Notes under the pieces: model-generated
What the model was told of the DNA's origin: nothing
What the model saw: the letters and a program-made list of their open reading frames with translations, nothing else
The model's database searches: none
Translations under genes and position numbers: made by a program
Assembly: GCA_049724395.1 (NCBI GenBank)
Contig: JAUGWO010000009.1
Location: 124,001 to 188,000, forward strand
Direction: 5' to 3'
Source: Spongospora subterranea f. sp. subterranea
Taxonomy: Eukaryota
DNA: 64,000 nt
Shown here: positions 34,252 through 46,863 of the stretch, piece after piece
Layout: each line of letters starts with the position of its first letter
Position numbering within the stretch: the first letter of the stretch is position 1

Positions 34252-35058
34252 TTATTCGGTTTCAGAATCGAACCCATTAGGTTCATTGTCGGCGATTGTG
34301 TTTGGCGTCATCTGTTCGGCTGGATGAAGGATTTCGGTCTTCACAGATGGCTTATCATCATTGTTCTTGAGACGCGTCACTCTCACCGGAACGCCCTTCG
34401 AATTCGTCAGCGTTTGCGTCTCTTTTTCGTTGGACGTCTGTGAATCTTTGGGGAAACTGGGATTCATGGATTTAATCACGTCTTGAATATTCAGCATCGG
34501 CGAGGTCCCATTTGGGAATTCCATCGCTTCTCCTATCTCGATTGGGGGCATTTTAATCTTTGGTCGTTGAGCTAAATCACCGCCTGGCTTATCCCCAATA
34601 CCTGGAAATGGGGTTAATGGCGCTTTGCTAGGATATCCCGGTTTGGACGCCGTTTCGCCCTCCTGAGTCGCTTTGGGCAAAGGCGGAGCTGGTTGTGATG
34701 TTGGCGCGGCAGTCGTTGGAGGAGGAGATATCTCACTGTTTTGTTTGGGCGGCGATACAGTGGGCGATGGCGGTGAACCAATAGCTGGTGATGTTGGTGC
34801 TGAGGCGACCATTGGCGTCGTAGGAATCGGGGCTGGGCTAGCGCCAGGAGATGAGATATCAGGATCTGCTCCCATCTCTGGCTCCTCATCTTCATCGTCA
34901 GATGATTTCACAGGCGTTTGCACTGCATCGGTCTGTTTTGGACTTGTCCCGATTGGAACAAAGCTTATAATGCTGTCTAGGGGGGAGGCGCCATAACTGT
35001 ACTGTTGCCCAACCAGCACGCCAGCAATCGTCAGCCAAATCAACCTCTGCACGTTCAT
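34252..35058 (-). CDS. Secreted Pro/Ser/Thr-rich (mucin-like) protein, about 268 aa
   Basis: The ATG at 35058 starts MNVQRLIWLTIAGVLVG...YGA (signal-peptide-like), followed by a low-complexity P/S/T region. Confidence 0.7.
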   Translation of the reverse strand: MNVQRLIWLTIAGVLVGQQYSYGASPLDSIISFVPIGTSPKQTDAVQTPVKSSDDEDEEPEMGADPDISSPGASPAPIPTTPMVASAPTSPAIGSPPSPTVSPPKQNSEISPPPTTAAPTSQPAPPLPKATQEGETASKPGYPSKAPLTPFPGIGDKPGGDLAQRPKIKMPPIEIGEAMEFPNGTSPMLNIQDVIKSMNPSFPKDSQTSNEKETQTLTNSKGVPVRVTRLKNNDDKPSVKTEILHPAEQMTPNTIADNEPNGFDSETE

Positions 35059-35483
35059 TGTGCTACGATAATGCGAGGGACTCGGAGGCAACCTGGTTCT
35101 ATTGCCGAAGATTGCCTCTACCACCATATGTAGATGTTCGTCCATCCCCACCATATATCTTGACCACTCGAACAATATCGACCATTATTGCTCCACAACA
35201 TGAGCTCACCCATTTCACAAGTCGAACCCACCTATATTTAGGGTTTCAGTGTTCCAACGCTAAATCAGTCAATTAATCCATAAACTTGACCAGGTAACCG
35301 AATCGGGTAACCGGGTTGGACATGGTTAGCGTTACGGCCCGTCCCGGTTGTATAACCGAGATAACCTTTGACCGATAATCCACGGACGCAGTTTTCGGAC
35401 AATATCTGGACGATGACCGATGGGCGATGGCGCTGCTGTAGCGCCATTTGACATTGTCGCACCGATCCGGTTACACGAGAGTG

Positions 35484-36237
35484 ATGGGCGGGCTTCCTGA
35501 TCCAGTCCCGCACACGCAGGATATTATGGTGGGCGGGAACGCGAATATTTTCACAGAAGACCAGTTGAGTACATTTGAGGACCAGGGGTCGACCCTGGTA
35601 GACCGCCGACCGTCCATCGACCTGGCTCAGGAACCTGGGGAATAGCGATAGGGACGAAGAAGGCGAATCCAGTACAGAAAGGGATGCTGCTGAACTTGAA
35701 GACCAACTATCGCTATGGTCGTATGAGATCACCGGAATGGAGCAATCCGATTACGAGATGGTCGAGGACCCCATATTATCCCAGCTCTTATGTGCCTCAG
35801 AATCAGGCGACCTCGTTCAAGTCGAGCATGCGTTATCGTCCCTTCAGATATCGTGCTCGGAATTGGGCTCGCAAGGTGATTCGGCTCTGCATTTGGCGAG
35901 TCTTTATGGTAACGAGGCCGTCGTTCAGGCACTGCTTGCTCATGGCGCCGATGCTTCACAACGAGATGGAAGCGGTGGCCTGGCCTTACATGATGCTTGC
36001 GCCTCAGGCCATATTGATATAGTTGCCAGCCTGCTGGAAGCGGCTCCCCACACCATCGACTGGGTCGACGAAGATGGCGACTCGGCCATGCACAATGCAG
36101 CCAGGGGAAACCATTATGAGATAATCAGGCTTCTTCTGGAGCACGGTGGCAGATCATCGTTGGAATTGGTCAATACAGAAGGGGAAACTCCTAAAGATCT
36201 GACTGACAAACTCGAAATAAAAGCGCTTCTTGTCTGA
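35484..36237 (+). CDS. Ankyrin-repeat protein with an acidic N-terminal region
   Basis: GDSALHLAS..G....V..LL.HGAD, ALHDACASGH and GDSAMHNAARGNH. Removing one G from GGGG at 35637-35640 fuses the upstream 35484 ORF in frame; otherwise the start is 35737. Confidence 0.85.
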
Positions 36238-36272
36238 TCGATTCCGCTATAAAGGTTTATTTATTGAATTGA

Positions 36273-37280
36273 TTAAATTGCTGCACAGATGATCGCGGTG
36301 GCGTAGAACCTGCCATCGCTCCCTTCTGCGGTCGAACATCCGAACAGGATCATGTCGGGGCGCAACAAGAGCATCTTGTGCTCGGGGGATCCCATCCATC
36401 GATCAACGGCCCTCTTAGCTGGACCATTGGCCGCGTTCAGCATATCATCGGCCACGACCACTTCACCCACACCGGAGACGTTGCCTGGAACGGCATCGAA
36501 CCTAATTGCGACAATTCATCACGACGCAAAGATCGATATTGACCCACGAGGAAATCTAACCTGTAGCTCCAAAATCCATCGTGGCTAGCGACCTGCGAAG
36601 CCGCCATATAAGCGCTGTGTTTTGCTGCCAGATTCACCAATGTCGCATTCCTCGACAGTTGTCCAACACCGGCAGCGGCGCGCTCCTAGTACACAACCGC
36701 TTTTTAGTCTCACGACTCGAGTGAATTTTCTTCACCAGAATATTACCCGGTTTACAGCTTCGAAGCAGTTCCCGTCGTTTTGCGGTTGGGCGTTGTCGAA
36801 CGTGTCGAACGACGGTTTCAACGTGGGGGTTAGGGGGGCGTTGGGATCAACTTGAGGGATCCCACCTCCAAATCCATGAACGTTGGCCGATCGTGGCGCC
36901 GGTGGATCAAGCACCGTCTCCCGACTTCCGTACTTCTTGGCGGTTTTCCTGGCTTTGCGAGATTTGGCCGCCAAAACCTGGAAATGGCGCCCATGTCCTG
37001 GAGCATCGGCGGTGTCCTCGTCCGAGTCGTGATCGTCGAACAAGTCCAGATCATCCGATCCGAAATCGCTGATCTCGTGGTCGACGTCCCGAATATCGTG
37101 ATTTTCAAAATCAGCGTAATCGGCGAGCTCGTCTTCGCCTTCCCCGGTCAGGCCAGAGATGAACGAGCCAACATGGTCGAAATCGAAGTCGTCGTCGTCG
37201 TCGTCATGCTGAGCAACGATAGATATTGCCGATCCAATTACGACCAGCAACACTAACGATAGGGTCTGAATCATCGTCAT
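36273..37280 (-). CDS. Secreted CAP/SCP (PR-1-like) domain protein, two introns
   Basis: Signal MTMIQTLSLVLLVVIGSAISIVA, then an Asp-rich tract, then the spliced CFEAVNR|ERAAAGVGQL...LAAKHSAYMA...SHDG...GEVV...AVDRWMGSPEHKMLLL. Confidence 0.85.
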
Positions 37281-38379
37281 CACCGATTTAAGTCTCGAAT
37301 TACTATAAATTATCCAGTTGCTGTTATGGCGACCTATCAACAGCTTATAATGGTGAAACTGCCCGCGTGAGTCATCGCTCGTTGCTGCTGTTGACCCATT
37401 TACCGCTCTGAATTATCAACGGTGCTTGGACCCATAAACCCTATTCTACCTGCCCTATTGCCACGCCCTCCTTTTCAACTCAAAACCCAATGGTTCTCAG
37501 GTGAAGTCGACACTATCGTCCATGGTGATATTGCTTGCTGAAATGACAGAGTTCGAAACCCAGCAAAACTGGTTTTTTCACCAGAAAACCTACTCCTCAA
37601 CGCAAACAGGGGAAACAAGGCACAGAATTGTAAATGGGTTTAGGGTCCCCTAAGTGCTGGTGAAGTTATTGAAGATGATTTTGGCGATTAGCGCCACCAA
37701 ACCAATCTAGCTCTTGGAAACAGCGCATCGGAAACGGCGACATCCGAATATGCACGATCAAAGTGGACAGTCGGACGATTGTGTTTTGGCGACAACGATG
37801 TCATTGGGGAATGGAAAGATGGCAATACGGCACTTCCCATATGCACGTACGTAAACAATGGGCCAACGCAATAAGATTTGAAGTAGCATGAAGGCTTTCA
37901 CTGGGGATTGTAATTTGCGAAAATCTGATTTATTGGTGGAGAAACCCACTGTTGAACGAATGGTCTACCTTTCTGACACTGGGTTTCATTGAGCAAAGAT
38001 TCAAGGGCAGCGAAGTCAGAGTGGATGAATAAACCACTACATGCCAGATTTGTTCCTTTGAAAGGTCAACGTGCAAGCACATTATGTTCCCCAGATCCCC
38101 TGATCCACGACAACAGCTAAATAGTAGTTGATTTTCTGGGTGTCGACACGTGGCAAGTCGTCATCTGGACCGGCCGATTGCCAGGTCCCGGCACTCAGAA
38201 AGTTTTCTCCACATGCCGAGAATCGAGAGCAAAAGTACTAACCGGCCTCCGTCTTGACTGTAAAAGTAACAAACCATGTATACACTTCAGTTGGCTTAGA
38301 CTGCAACAAAATGTAACATGGTGGCGTCATGGCTCATTGGATGTAACCCTCCCCTGTTTCATTAATAAGTATCATTCCG

Positions 38380-39811
38380 ATGATGAAGATGACGTCGATG
38401 TTATTGCGAATCGGCTCAGGGCCAACCTTTGTATCCACCGTCTGTAGGCCGAGATATTTCAGGGCGGGACGCCCGCTCTTCAAACTACAGGAGTTCAAAT
38501 TAGCTGATATCGGCGAGGGGATATCGGAAGTCGAAGTTCTGAAATGGTAATGTGGTCCTGTCGCTACGATGTGAAGACAACACACTCAAAAGGTGGTTCC
38601 GCAGGTTCGTTAGCCCCGGAGATAAAATTTCACAGTTTGAGAAGATTTGTGAAGTGCAAAGTGATAAAGCCACTGTCGAGATTACATCGAGGTTTGATGG
38701 AGTTATCACCAAGCTGAATGTCGAGACGGGCAAAATGGCCAAAGTCGGAGAGGCGCTGCTTATGATTGACCTTCACAGCGAATCTGGAGATGAAGCGACT
38801 AACGATTCAGTTGAAGTTCAGCCAGAGTCACCATCACCAAAAACGCCAGTTGCACCACCGCTTGAGCATTCTGTTGCCAAGAACTCAGGTCAAAAGGTTC
38901 TTGCCACCCCTGCAGTTCGAAGGATATCCAAAGAGCATAATATTGATCTGGCAACCATTTCCCCTACGGTATACGTGTTTGATGCTCGTCTTCATTGCAA
39001 TGTTTATGAGTTTATATAGGGTCCAAATGGTCGCGTTTTGAAATCGGATCTGCTGGATATTATATCAAAAGCTTCATCCCTTCCGAAGGCGGCTGCAGAG
39101 CCGCATCCAGGTTCTGCTGATATTGTGGTACCAATCTCAGGGTTAGTTCGAACTATGGTTAAGACGATGACTTCTTCGAATTTGGTTCCCACATTAACGT
39201 TGCACGAGGAGGTTATTGCTAATGAACTTCAGAATATCAGGGCTTCGCTCAAGATGTTTCTGCCAACACTGACTTATCTGCCGTTGATCATCAAAGCTGT
39301 CAGCCTTGCCCTACATGATTTCCCAAATTTGAATGCCCATGTGGACGAAAAGTGCAACGAAATTACCCTGAAGTCAAACCACAATATTTCAATCGCCATG
39401 GACACTCCAAGGGGGCTCTTAGTCCCTTGCATCATGGCCGTCCAGAATCTGTCGGTTGCAGACATTTCTTCGGAACTATCACGTTTGACTACATTAGGAG
39501 CTGCAAACCAGTTAGGATTAGCTGATCTTCAAATGGGGACATTTTCGTTGAGCAATATTGGTACGATTGGTGGAACATATGCTACACCGCTGATTGTACG
39601 ACCACAAGTCGTGATCGGAGCAATAGGACGAATTCAAAGCGGCATTGCGCGGTTCGACAAGAGCGGCAATGGACCAGTGAACACGTCAATTCTAGGAATG
39701 AGTTGGTCTGCCGATCATCGCGTGATTGATGGCGCAACTGTTGCAAGATTCTCAAGGCGAGTCAAATCATTACTAGAATCACCACAGGAGATGCTACTAT
39801 TAACTAAGTAA
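38380..39811 (+). CDS. DBT: Branched-chain 2-oxoacid dehydrogenase E2 (dihydrolipoamide acyltransferase), mitochondrial; two introns
   Basis: An Arg-rich presequence, lipoyl domain FKLADIGEGISEVEVLKW|F...CEVQSDKATVEITSR, binding domain LATPAVRR and catalytic SWSADHRVIDG. Confidence 0.93.
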
Positions 39812-39847
39812 ATTGTCACTGCAGTTTTTATGGTTATGGATTGCTTA

Positions 39848-42800
39848 TTAGACAATACGAACTGACGGACGTCCGGGGCACGCTGTGTTTGATGTATCAA
39901 CGACCACTGCTGCGGTCAATCCCGTGTTCTTGACGATTGTCGCAATATTATCACATAGAATCGTCTCTTCATCGAAAGGTGTAGTTGACGCTAGCGCTAC
40001 TTGTCTGCCTTTCGTGTTAACTTCATCAATAACATTATTTCATGGCGAACTTGACGGCTCGCTTATCGAACATGGTCAACTCTGGCGACGCTGCAAACGT
40101 GGCGTTGATAACGGACGAAACTTTACGACGATCTTGAATGGCGAAATCATCCATCTCGCTGATAAGATTGATTACTGTTTGCTGCCAAACTGGATATGTT
40201 TGAGCGAATTGGAAAGTGACTTTCCGGGGTTCGCTCTTGCCCTTCTTCTTCGCGAGCTCCTTCAGTTTGACCTGAACGGAATGGGCAACATCTTCCAGAT
40301 ACTTGGAGATTTGAAGAAGGGTTTCATCAATAGCTCCGGCTGTTGGCCACGACGCGTCAATTACGAAGCCGGAACGACCAAGCACGTTGCTCCAGATATG
40401 TTCGCATACATGGGGGCAAATGGGGGCCAGAACGATCGTGAACACTTCCATGAAACGCTGAATGAGTTCGGGGCAAATCTGGTCATCTGAAACATGGGCC
40501 CGATAACTGTCACGTGCATGGCAAAGATCCCAGAATCCCGACTTGAGGGCAGCCCTGAACTGCATGCGCGAATATGCCTGATCTGCATTGACGATGCACT
40601 CGTTGATCCGATTGGCGAAGATTCTCTCGATCAGAGTCTTTTCTTTTTGAACATGAGGAAGATCTTGCACCCTAGCCTGCATTTCTTGGCACCATTCAAC
40701 TTCCTTGGTCAGTTTGAGGATGGCAGCGTTGGCAGTGACAGTCAAGGATACGTTGGCATCTTCCAGACCATCGCCAGCATCCGCTAGGGCAAAACGGGTG
40801 GCGTCGGCACTGTATTCCCGGCAAGAATCAATCATGGTGATGAAATTACCGGTAGATTTGCTCATCTTGTCGTTATTCAACATGGCATGTCCATTAGTGT
40901 AGAACGCTTGGGGCCAATACTCGGGCTGTTTGGGCCAGATGGCGGCGTGATTGTAGAGCGACATTGTGAGATGGTTGCCAATTAGATCTTTACCGCTGAC
41001 ACGAAGATCGCAGGGATAGAAATACTTAAACTCAGCCCGCATGCGATTAAGAAGTTCGGCGTCTAAACCACAGTTGCGAGGCATTTCAGCGTCGCAGAAA
41101 ATAAAATCGAAAACGTCATCGGTAAGCAGTTCAGGATTGATGGAACTGCCAGCGCCAGCTAAATGACCACCTTGCAGGAAGTGAGAAATTGTGTAAAACG
41201 CCATGTAGATCGTGGAATCCGACAGCGACTCGATGACGAACTGGGTGTCGAAGGGGAGCTTGGTTCCTAAACCAAATGACCGGCTACATGCCCATTCGCG
41301 AAGCCATTCAACAACCCCAACAAACATCTCCTTGGCAATGGGGTTGAAGGTTTCGAGACGGTCCCGTACGTGTTCCCCGACTTGTCCTGCCCATTCTTCT
41401 TCGCCGTACTCAATAAACCATTGCGCCGTCTTGGCAACAACGCACGCGTTGCCGCTGCGGGCAATGACTTCACTCTCTGGCTCCGAATAGATAATGGCTT
41501 GTCCGGCCTCGACCATAGCGGTACGAACAATAGGCTTGGCCAGCTCAACTCGCATGCCTTCACAACTTCCCATCAGCATAATGCCTTCATAGAACCCAGT
41601 CTTATAAACCTTGTCCTTCGCCTCGGCCAGCTTCTTGCTGTCGTATTGATTCTTGATCTGCAGCTGTTCACAGATGAAAGGGGCGCCACGGTCCCCTAAG
41701 TTCGGGATGCGAATGATGGCCGGCGCCTCCATTGAACACATTTCCAGGGTGACGTGGTACTTGTTCCGAAAAGCCTCATCGTTGCGCAGATCCTGAAGTG
41801 CAATCCAATCGTCTGGACTATCGCTTGGGACCGATGTAACAAGACCTGTTCCTTTGTTCATGGAGATGGTCAGGAGTGGCAGCATGTATACGACATCATG
41901 CACAGCCAACGGCGCCTTCACCGCTGCTCCTAGCAGATCCCAACCTTTGAGTTTGCAAAGAATATCAGTCTTGCCAAAAACGTCGCCCAGGAGATCTTGA
42001 TGAGCCATGTTCATTGCCGAGCGTTCACTGCAAATCCAAACCTCATTTCCGGGGGCTAAAACACAGGAATACTCGCCATGGGGCAAGACCCAAGCATTCG
42101 TTTGACCGTACATGGTCTCAGGACGAAGCGTAGCGCATAGAAGGTAGATTTTAGCGTCGACGGAGAGGACGGCGGCCAAGGCAGGAGGAGGAGTGGAAAC
42201 CAGCTCTAGCTTGATACCAGTATATTCTTGGGGGCCAACACCTTCCCCTGAGGCGCGATCGTGGTCGGCACAAGGCTGCTTCTCGGACGGGGAATAGATA
42301 CTGAGCCGGGATCCGAACTTGATCTTCTGCACGCGGAGAAGAGTATTAAATTGCCAGCGAATGAAGGCGTCAAAGTACGGGTTCATGTCGGTTGTGATGA
42401 AGGATCGGCGGAAATCGGCTTTGAGGCCGAACTTCTTCAGATGCTCAATTGCAACAGGTGGGAAGTAGTTCAGCCATTCATATGGATCAGCAAACGAGGC
42501 AATAGTCGATACTGGAACGCCCGTCTCTTCCAGGATCTGCCATTGGTAGACGCAAGCCGACGCCTTCTTGGTCACCTTGCCCTTGGATTTTTTTACGGTA
42601 GTTTTGCCGTTGGCATTAGCTGCGCCATTGGCGACAGAAGGTTCGGCTTCGCCATCGACGGGTTCGGTGCCTGGGAACACTGGAGGATTTCCATATAATT
42701 CAAGTTCTCGACCTAGTTTTGTGGCGCAGGCGGCAATTGGCATTCCCGTGCAATGGAAAGCGAACGGGAAAAGAACTCGACGTCCTTTTTAAACGATGAT

Positions 42801-43125
42801 AACCGGCGGCAAACTCGCCCTTTGATAGTGTGAACGCATGCCCGAGATGGAGAACACCATTCATATCTATATTGTCACCGTTACAATAGATTAATTGTAA
42901 ACCATGTGGGAAAACTTACATGGGAAAGGGAAGGTGACCATATACTTCTCCTTGCCATCGTCTGATGCGTCTACTTCGAAGGCACGTGCTGCGTCCCATT
43001 TAGCTTGGGCGGCCGCCTCGATCTCGATAAGATGGTCACGACGACCAAAACTCTGCAGGGAAACGGCGCTGAGATATTGAGAAAATCGTCATGGGGACAC
43101 ATGAACATACCTGTGGTTCGCTCAT
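39848..43125 (-). CDS. LARS1: Cytosolic leucyl-tRNA synthetase; two 5' introns and two apparent +1 indels
   Basis: MSEPQ|SFGRRD..., [74 protein letters not shown]. The C-terminus continues after a frameshift at about 40039 to PFDE...CPGRP...stop at 39848. Confidence 0.97.
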
Positions 43126-44515
43126 GGACGACAATAGTGAAAACGGCGTCCGTGTCTGCAGTAACCAGGATTGGGCCAATAGTCGGAGAGATCCGCCACG
43201 GTCCCCGGACTGACCAGTTTTGACATGGGAACGTCACCTTCGGTTACAGTTACCACAGTGGAGGCCGTTTCCCTACCAGTCCCACCCATTCACTCACACT
43301 CATGGGGGGACCAGTGACGGTACCAGAGGTACCAGTAGGGACCATAGGGATCGAAGGCCGTGACCCAGTCATCGCTGCTCTCTGGTCCTTATCCGCAACC
43401 GGCTCTACCTGAATTCAGATCTGCGAAGCACATACGATCTATCTTTAGGGGAAGTCCAACCCATTTCAAATGGCGAAATTCTTTGGGTTTATGAAGTCAT
43501 GGGCTCTAAAGTGTTTCATGAGAATAGGAAATAGTGTCATATTGTATTCAAGTTTACTCACGAAACATGTGTAAACGGTGCTGGAACTGCAAAACCAGCG
43601 TTGTGTCATGAAGGAATAAAGGCCGCAAGCTCTACCAACGTCCGACAAGTAGCGTGCTTTTAATTTTTTTGTTCTTCCAACCTCCAAAACAATTGACAAC
43701 CGCTAGACACGACGATGGACCACTCATCAATTTTTGATATAAATCGCGATAGGACGACCGTTTCGAAGACTTTCCTTCTCCGTGATTCCCTAATTTCGAC
43801 AATTGGCTTTGAAATGAATCAAAACCATTAACAACAAATCCATAGTCGACTTCTTTTTGAAAAAACTGGACTAGTAAATATTGTTCATTTTTTTTTTTTC
43901 ATTTGCTGGAATATTGTGTGAACGACGTAAAGGCTCAAGATGGTTAACCGTTTCTTGCCTCGTACTGCGTCCAAATGGCCAAAACAAGGCCGTATTTTTG
44001 TCCTCTTCGAAATCATGTGAATAAACAATAAGAAGCCCAACCAAAACTGCCAGTATGTATTATAATCAATTGTCGAAAACATCAACGCGACACAGTGAGG
44101 ATATTTTTGGAAGAGGACGGCAGTCGACATATATATCTCCAACAAGTGGTATTCTGACTGCCATGTTGCGTTTCTGACCAAAACACTTGGGAACAATCAA
44201 GTCACGAGGCCTACAGTAGATACTATTTCAGACCAACTGAGCTGTAAACCTATCTGATTTGTTACTATAGTGGGCGAACCACTGACCACAGTCAGTATTG
44301 CAACTGTATTGACAGACATTGTATCGTACCACCGTTTTTCGTCTGTATTGGATCGGACCGCTGTTATACTCAGATTGATCAACGTTTTAGTGGTCCGATT
44401 TTCACTTTTGTTTAATGGAGCGTGCGGCTCGAATTCTGAAACACCAGCGGCGCCGCCGCAAATGCATCAGGTCCCCTTTAGGAAGTTAGAATCAAAGAGT
44501 AGTGCGCTGACAGCA

Positions 44516-46821
44516 TGAGCAGGACCAAGAGGAGACATTGCAGCGGTCAAGCTATCAGATGAAGAATACAACTTTCAAAAGCTGGTAATCCACGTGCTTT
44601 TTTGTATGTGAGCGCATCTGATTTGTCGGTGTGACAGGTGAGCAAAGTCAAGAAGGCTTGGGAATCTCCACGTTGGATCCATCAAAAACGCCCTTATACT
44701 GCTGAAGATGTAGCACGCTTACGCTCCCCCTTAACTCCGACATATGCAGCCGACATTCAAGCGAAAAAGGCGTGGGCATTGTTTCAGGTCTTCAAAGATA
44801 TATTTTGTCTGACATTGCCCATTGCTTATTGAGGAATCAGTCATTGGCTAAGAAGAATGGGTATTCCCACACGTTTGGGGCGTTGGATCCCGTCCAAGTT
44901 GTGCAAATGGTAAACTTTACGTAGCAAAATGCCGGGTTTGGTCATATTTTTTGCAGGCCAAATATTTAACGACTATCTATGTTTCGGGATGGGCAATGTT
45001 CTTCTACAGCTTCCACAACTAATGAACCCGGCCCGGACATTGCAGACTATCCATACACAACGGTTGCGAACAAGGTGTAAAATGATGAACTCTGCATGTT
45101 ACTCCTTGTATCTAACCTATATGAAGGTTGATCAACTTTACCGCGCTCAAGATTTTCATTCACGACGCCAGCAAGAAGAACGATCTTGGATGACTAGAGA
45201 AGAGCGTTTAAAGACAAAGCCTGTTGACTACTTCCGTCCAATTATTGCTGATGGGGATACAGGTCACGGTGGTTTAACCGCTGTCATGAAACTTACGAAA
45301 CTGTTTATTGAGGTAAACTATCCATCTTTCAAGTTGAACATAAATCGCCGTAATTCGGAATTTAGGCTGGAGCTGCTGGAATTCATCTCGAAGATCAGAA
45401 ACCTGGGTAAGAATCTAACTTGGCAAAATCATAAAATTCTAAAGCAAGTTACAGGACCAAAAAGTGTGGTCATATGGTATTGAATTCTGGCGTTGACTTC
45501 GATTCAACTTTTTTAACTGGGAGGTACAGGCAGGGAAAGTTCTAGTTCAAGTCCAAGAGCATATTGATCGCTTGGTTGCCGCTCGGCTGCAGGCAGATAT
45601 ATTGGTGATTTTCGTCGTTCACACAAAGTAAACAAATAGTTAAACACCTCTATAGGGAACCGAGACGTTGATTGTAGCCCGAACTGACGCTGAGGCAGCC
45701 ACATTGCTTGATAACAACATTGATCCTCGAGACCACCCCTTTATTTTAGGTTCGACGAATGAAAAGCTTCAGGGTCTTAACCAATTATTAAGCGAGGCGG
45801 CTGCCAAGAATGCTAACAACCAACAGCTCGTAGAAATCATGATGGTGAAAATGTTTTTTCAATCCAACAAGTAACATCTGATATTTTGGTTGTAGAGCTG
45901 GGACAAAAAGGCAAACCTCAAAACTTTCGGTGAAGTCGTTGAAGAAGCGCTCTTGAAAAACAACAAATCGCAAGAAATTGCCACTTGGAAAGCTAAATAT
46001 CCAAACCTATCTTATGATCAATCTCGTGCGCTTGCGTGCCAACTAGGCGTATCTCCATATTGGTGTATGGAAAGCCCAAGGACTCGCGAAGGATATTATC
46101 GGGTTCGAGGAGGGCTAGAGTATTGCGTCGCTCGAGGACGTGCTTTTGCGCCTTACGCGGATTTAATTTGGATGGAAACGGGTAATACCGACACAATAAT
46201 GTCGGTTTTTCGCAAATTGATTTTGTTGCGTTGTCGCAGCCAAGCCAGGAATCCAGTTAGCAAAGGATTTCGCCCATGGAGTTCGTGCTGTGTACCCTCA
46301 TCAGCTTTTCGCATACAACTTGTCTCCCTCTTTTAATTGGGATGCAGCTGGATTGGACGAAAACCAAATCGCCTCGTTTCAGGTAATCATAGAGTAAAGG
46401 ATTATTATCAGCTTCTGAAATAGCTGTACAGGACGAGCTTGGACGGGAGGGATATGTCTGGCACTTCATCACATTGGCTGGATTCCATTGTGACGCTTTA
46501 TCCATCGACTTATTTGCAAAAGATTACGCCAAGAGGAAAATGCTAGCCTATGTTCAAGGTGTTCAACGCAAAGAACGTGACGCCCATGTGGAAACCTTAA
46601 CCCATCAAAAGGTGGGGACAACCATAATCTCGTGCTCTTCTGAGAACTGAACAAATGCTTAGTGGTCTGGAGCCGAATATGTTGATACGATATCTAAGAC
46701 TATAACTGGAGGCCTTTCGTCCACTACCTCCCTTCAGGCAGGAAACACTGAATCGCAGTTCGCAAAAGCCATAAAAGTATCGAAGCCGACCGAAGAAGAA
46801 TTTGAAGAAGTACTAAGCTAA
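44516..46821 (+). CDS. ICL1: Isocitrate lyase (long eukaryotic type), about a dozen introns
   Basis: [110 protein letters not shown]. The exact start is uncertain. Confidence 0.96.
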
Positions 46822-46863
46822 AACGACATTCAAATCGATACTGATGTTATAATACAAATGATT

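Noticed and set aside
39885..42792. Several plus-strand ORFs up to 201 aa
   Set aside because: These are antisense shadows of the LeuRS coding sequence with no recognisable motifs.
43440..44400. Possible membrane-protein gene between LeuRS and ICL
   Set aside because: Only short ORFs with non-ATG starts and stops; I could not build a consistent spliced model.
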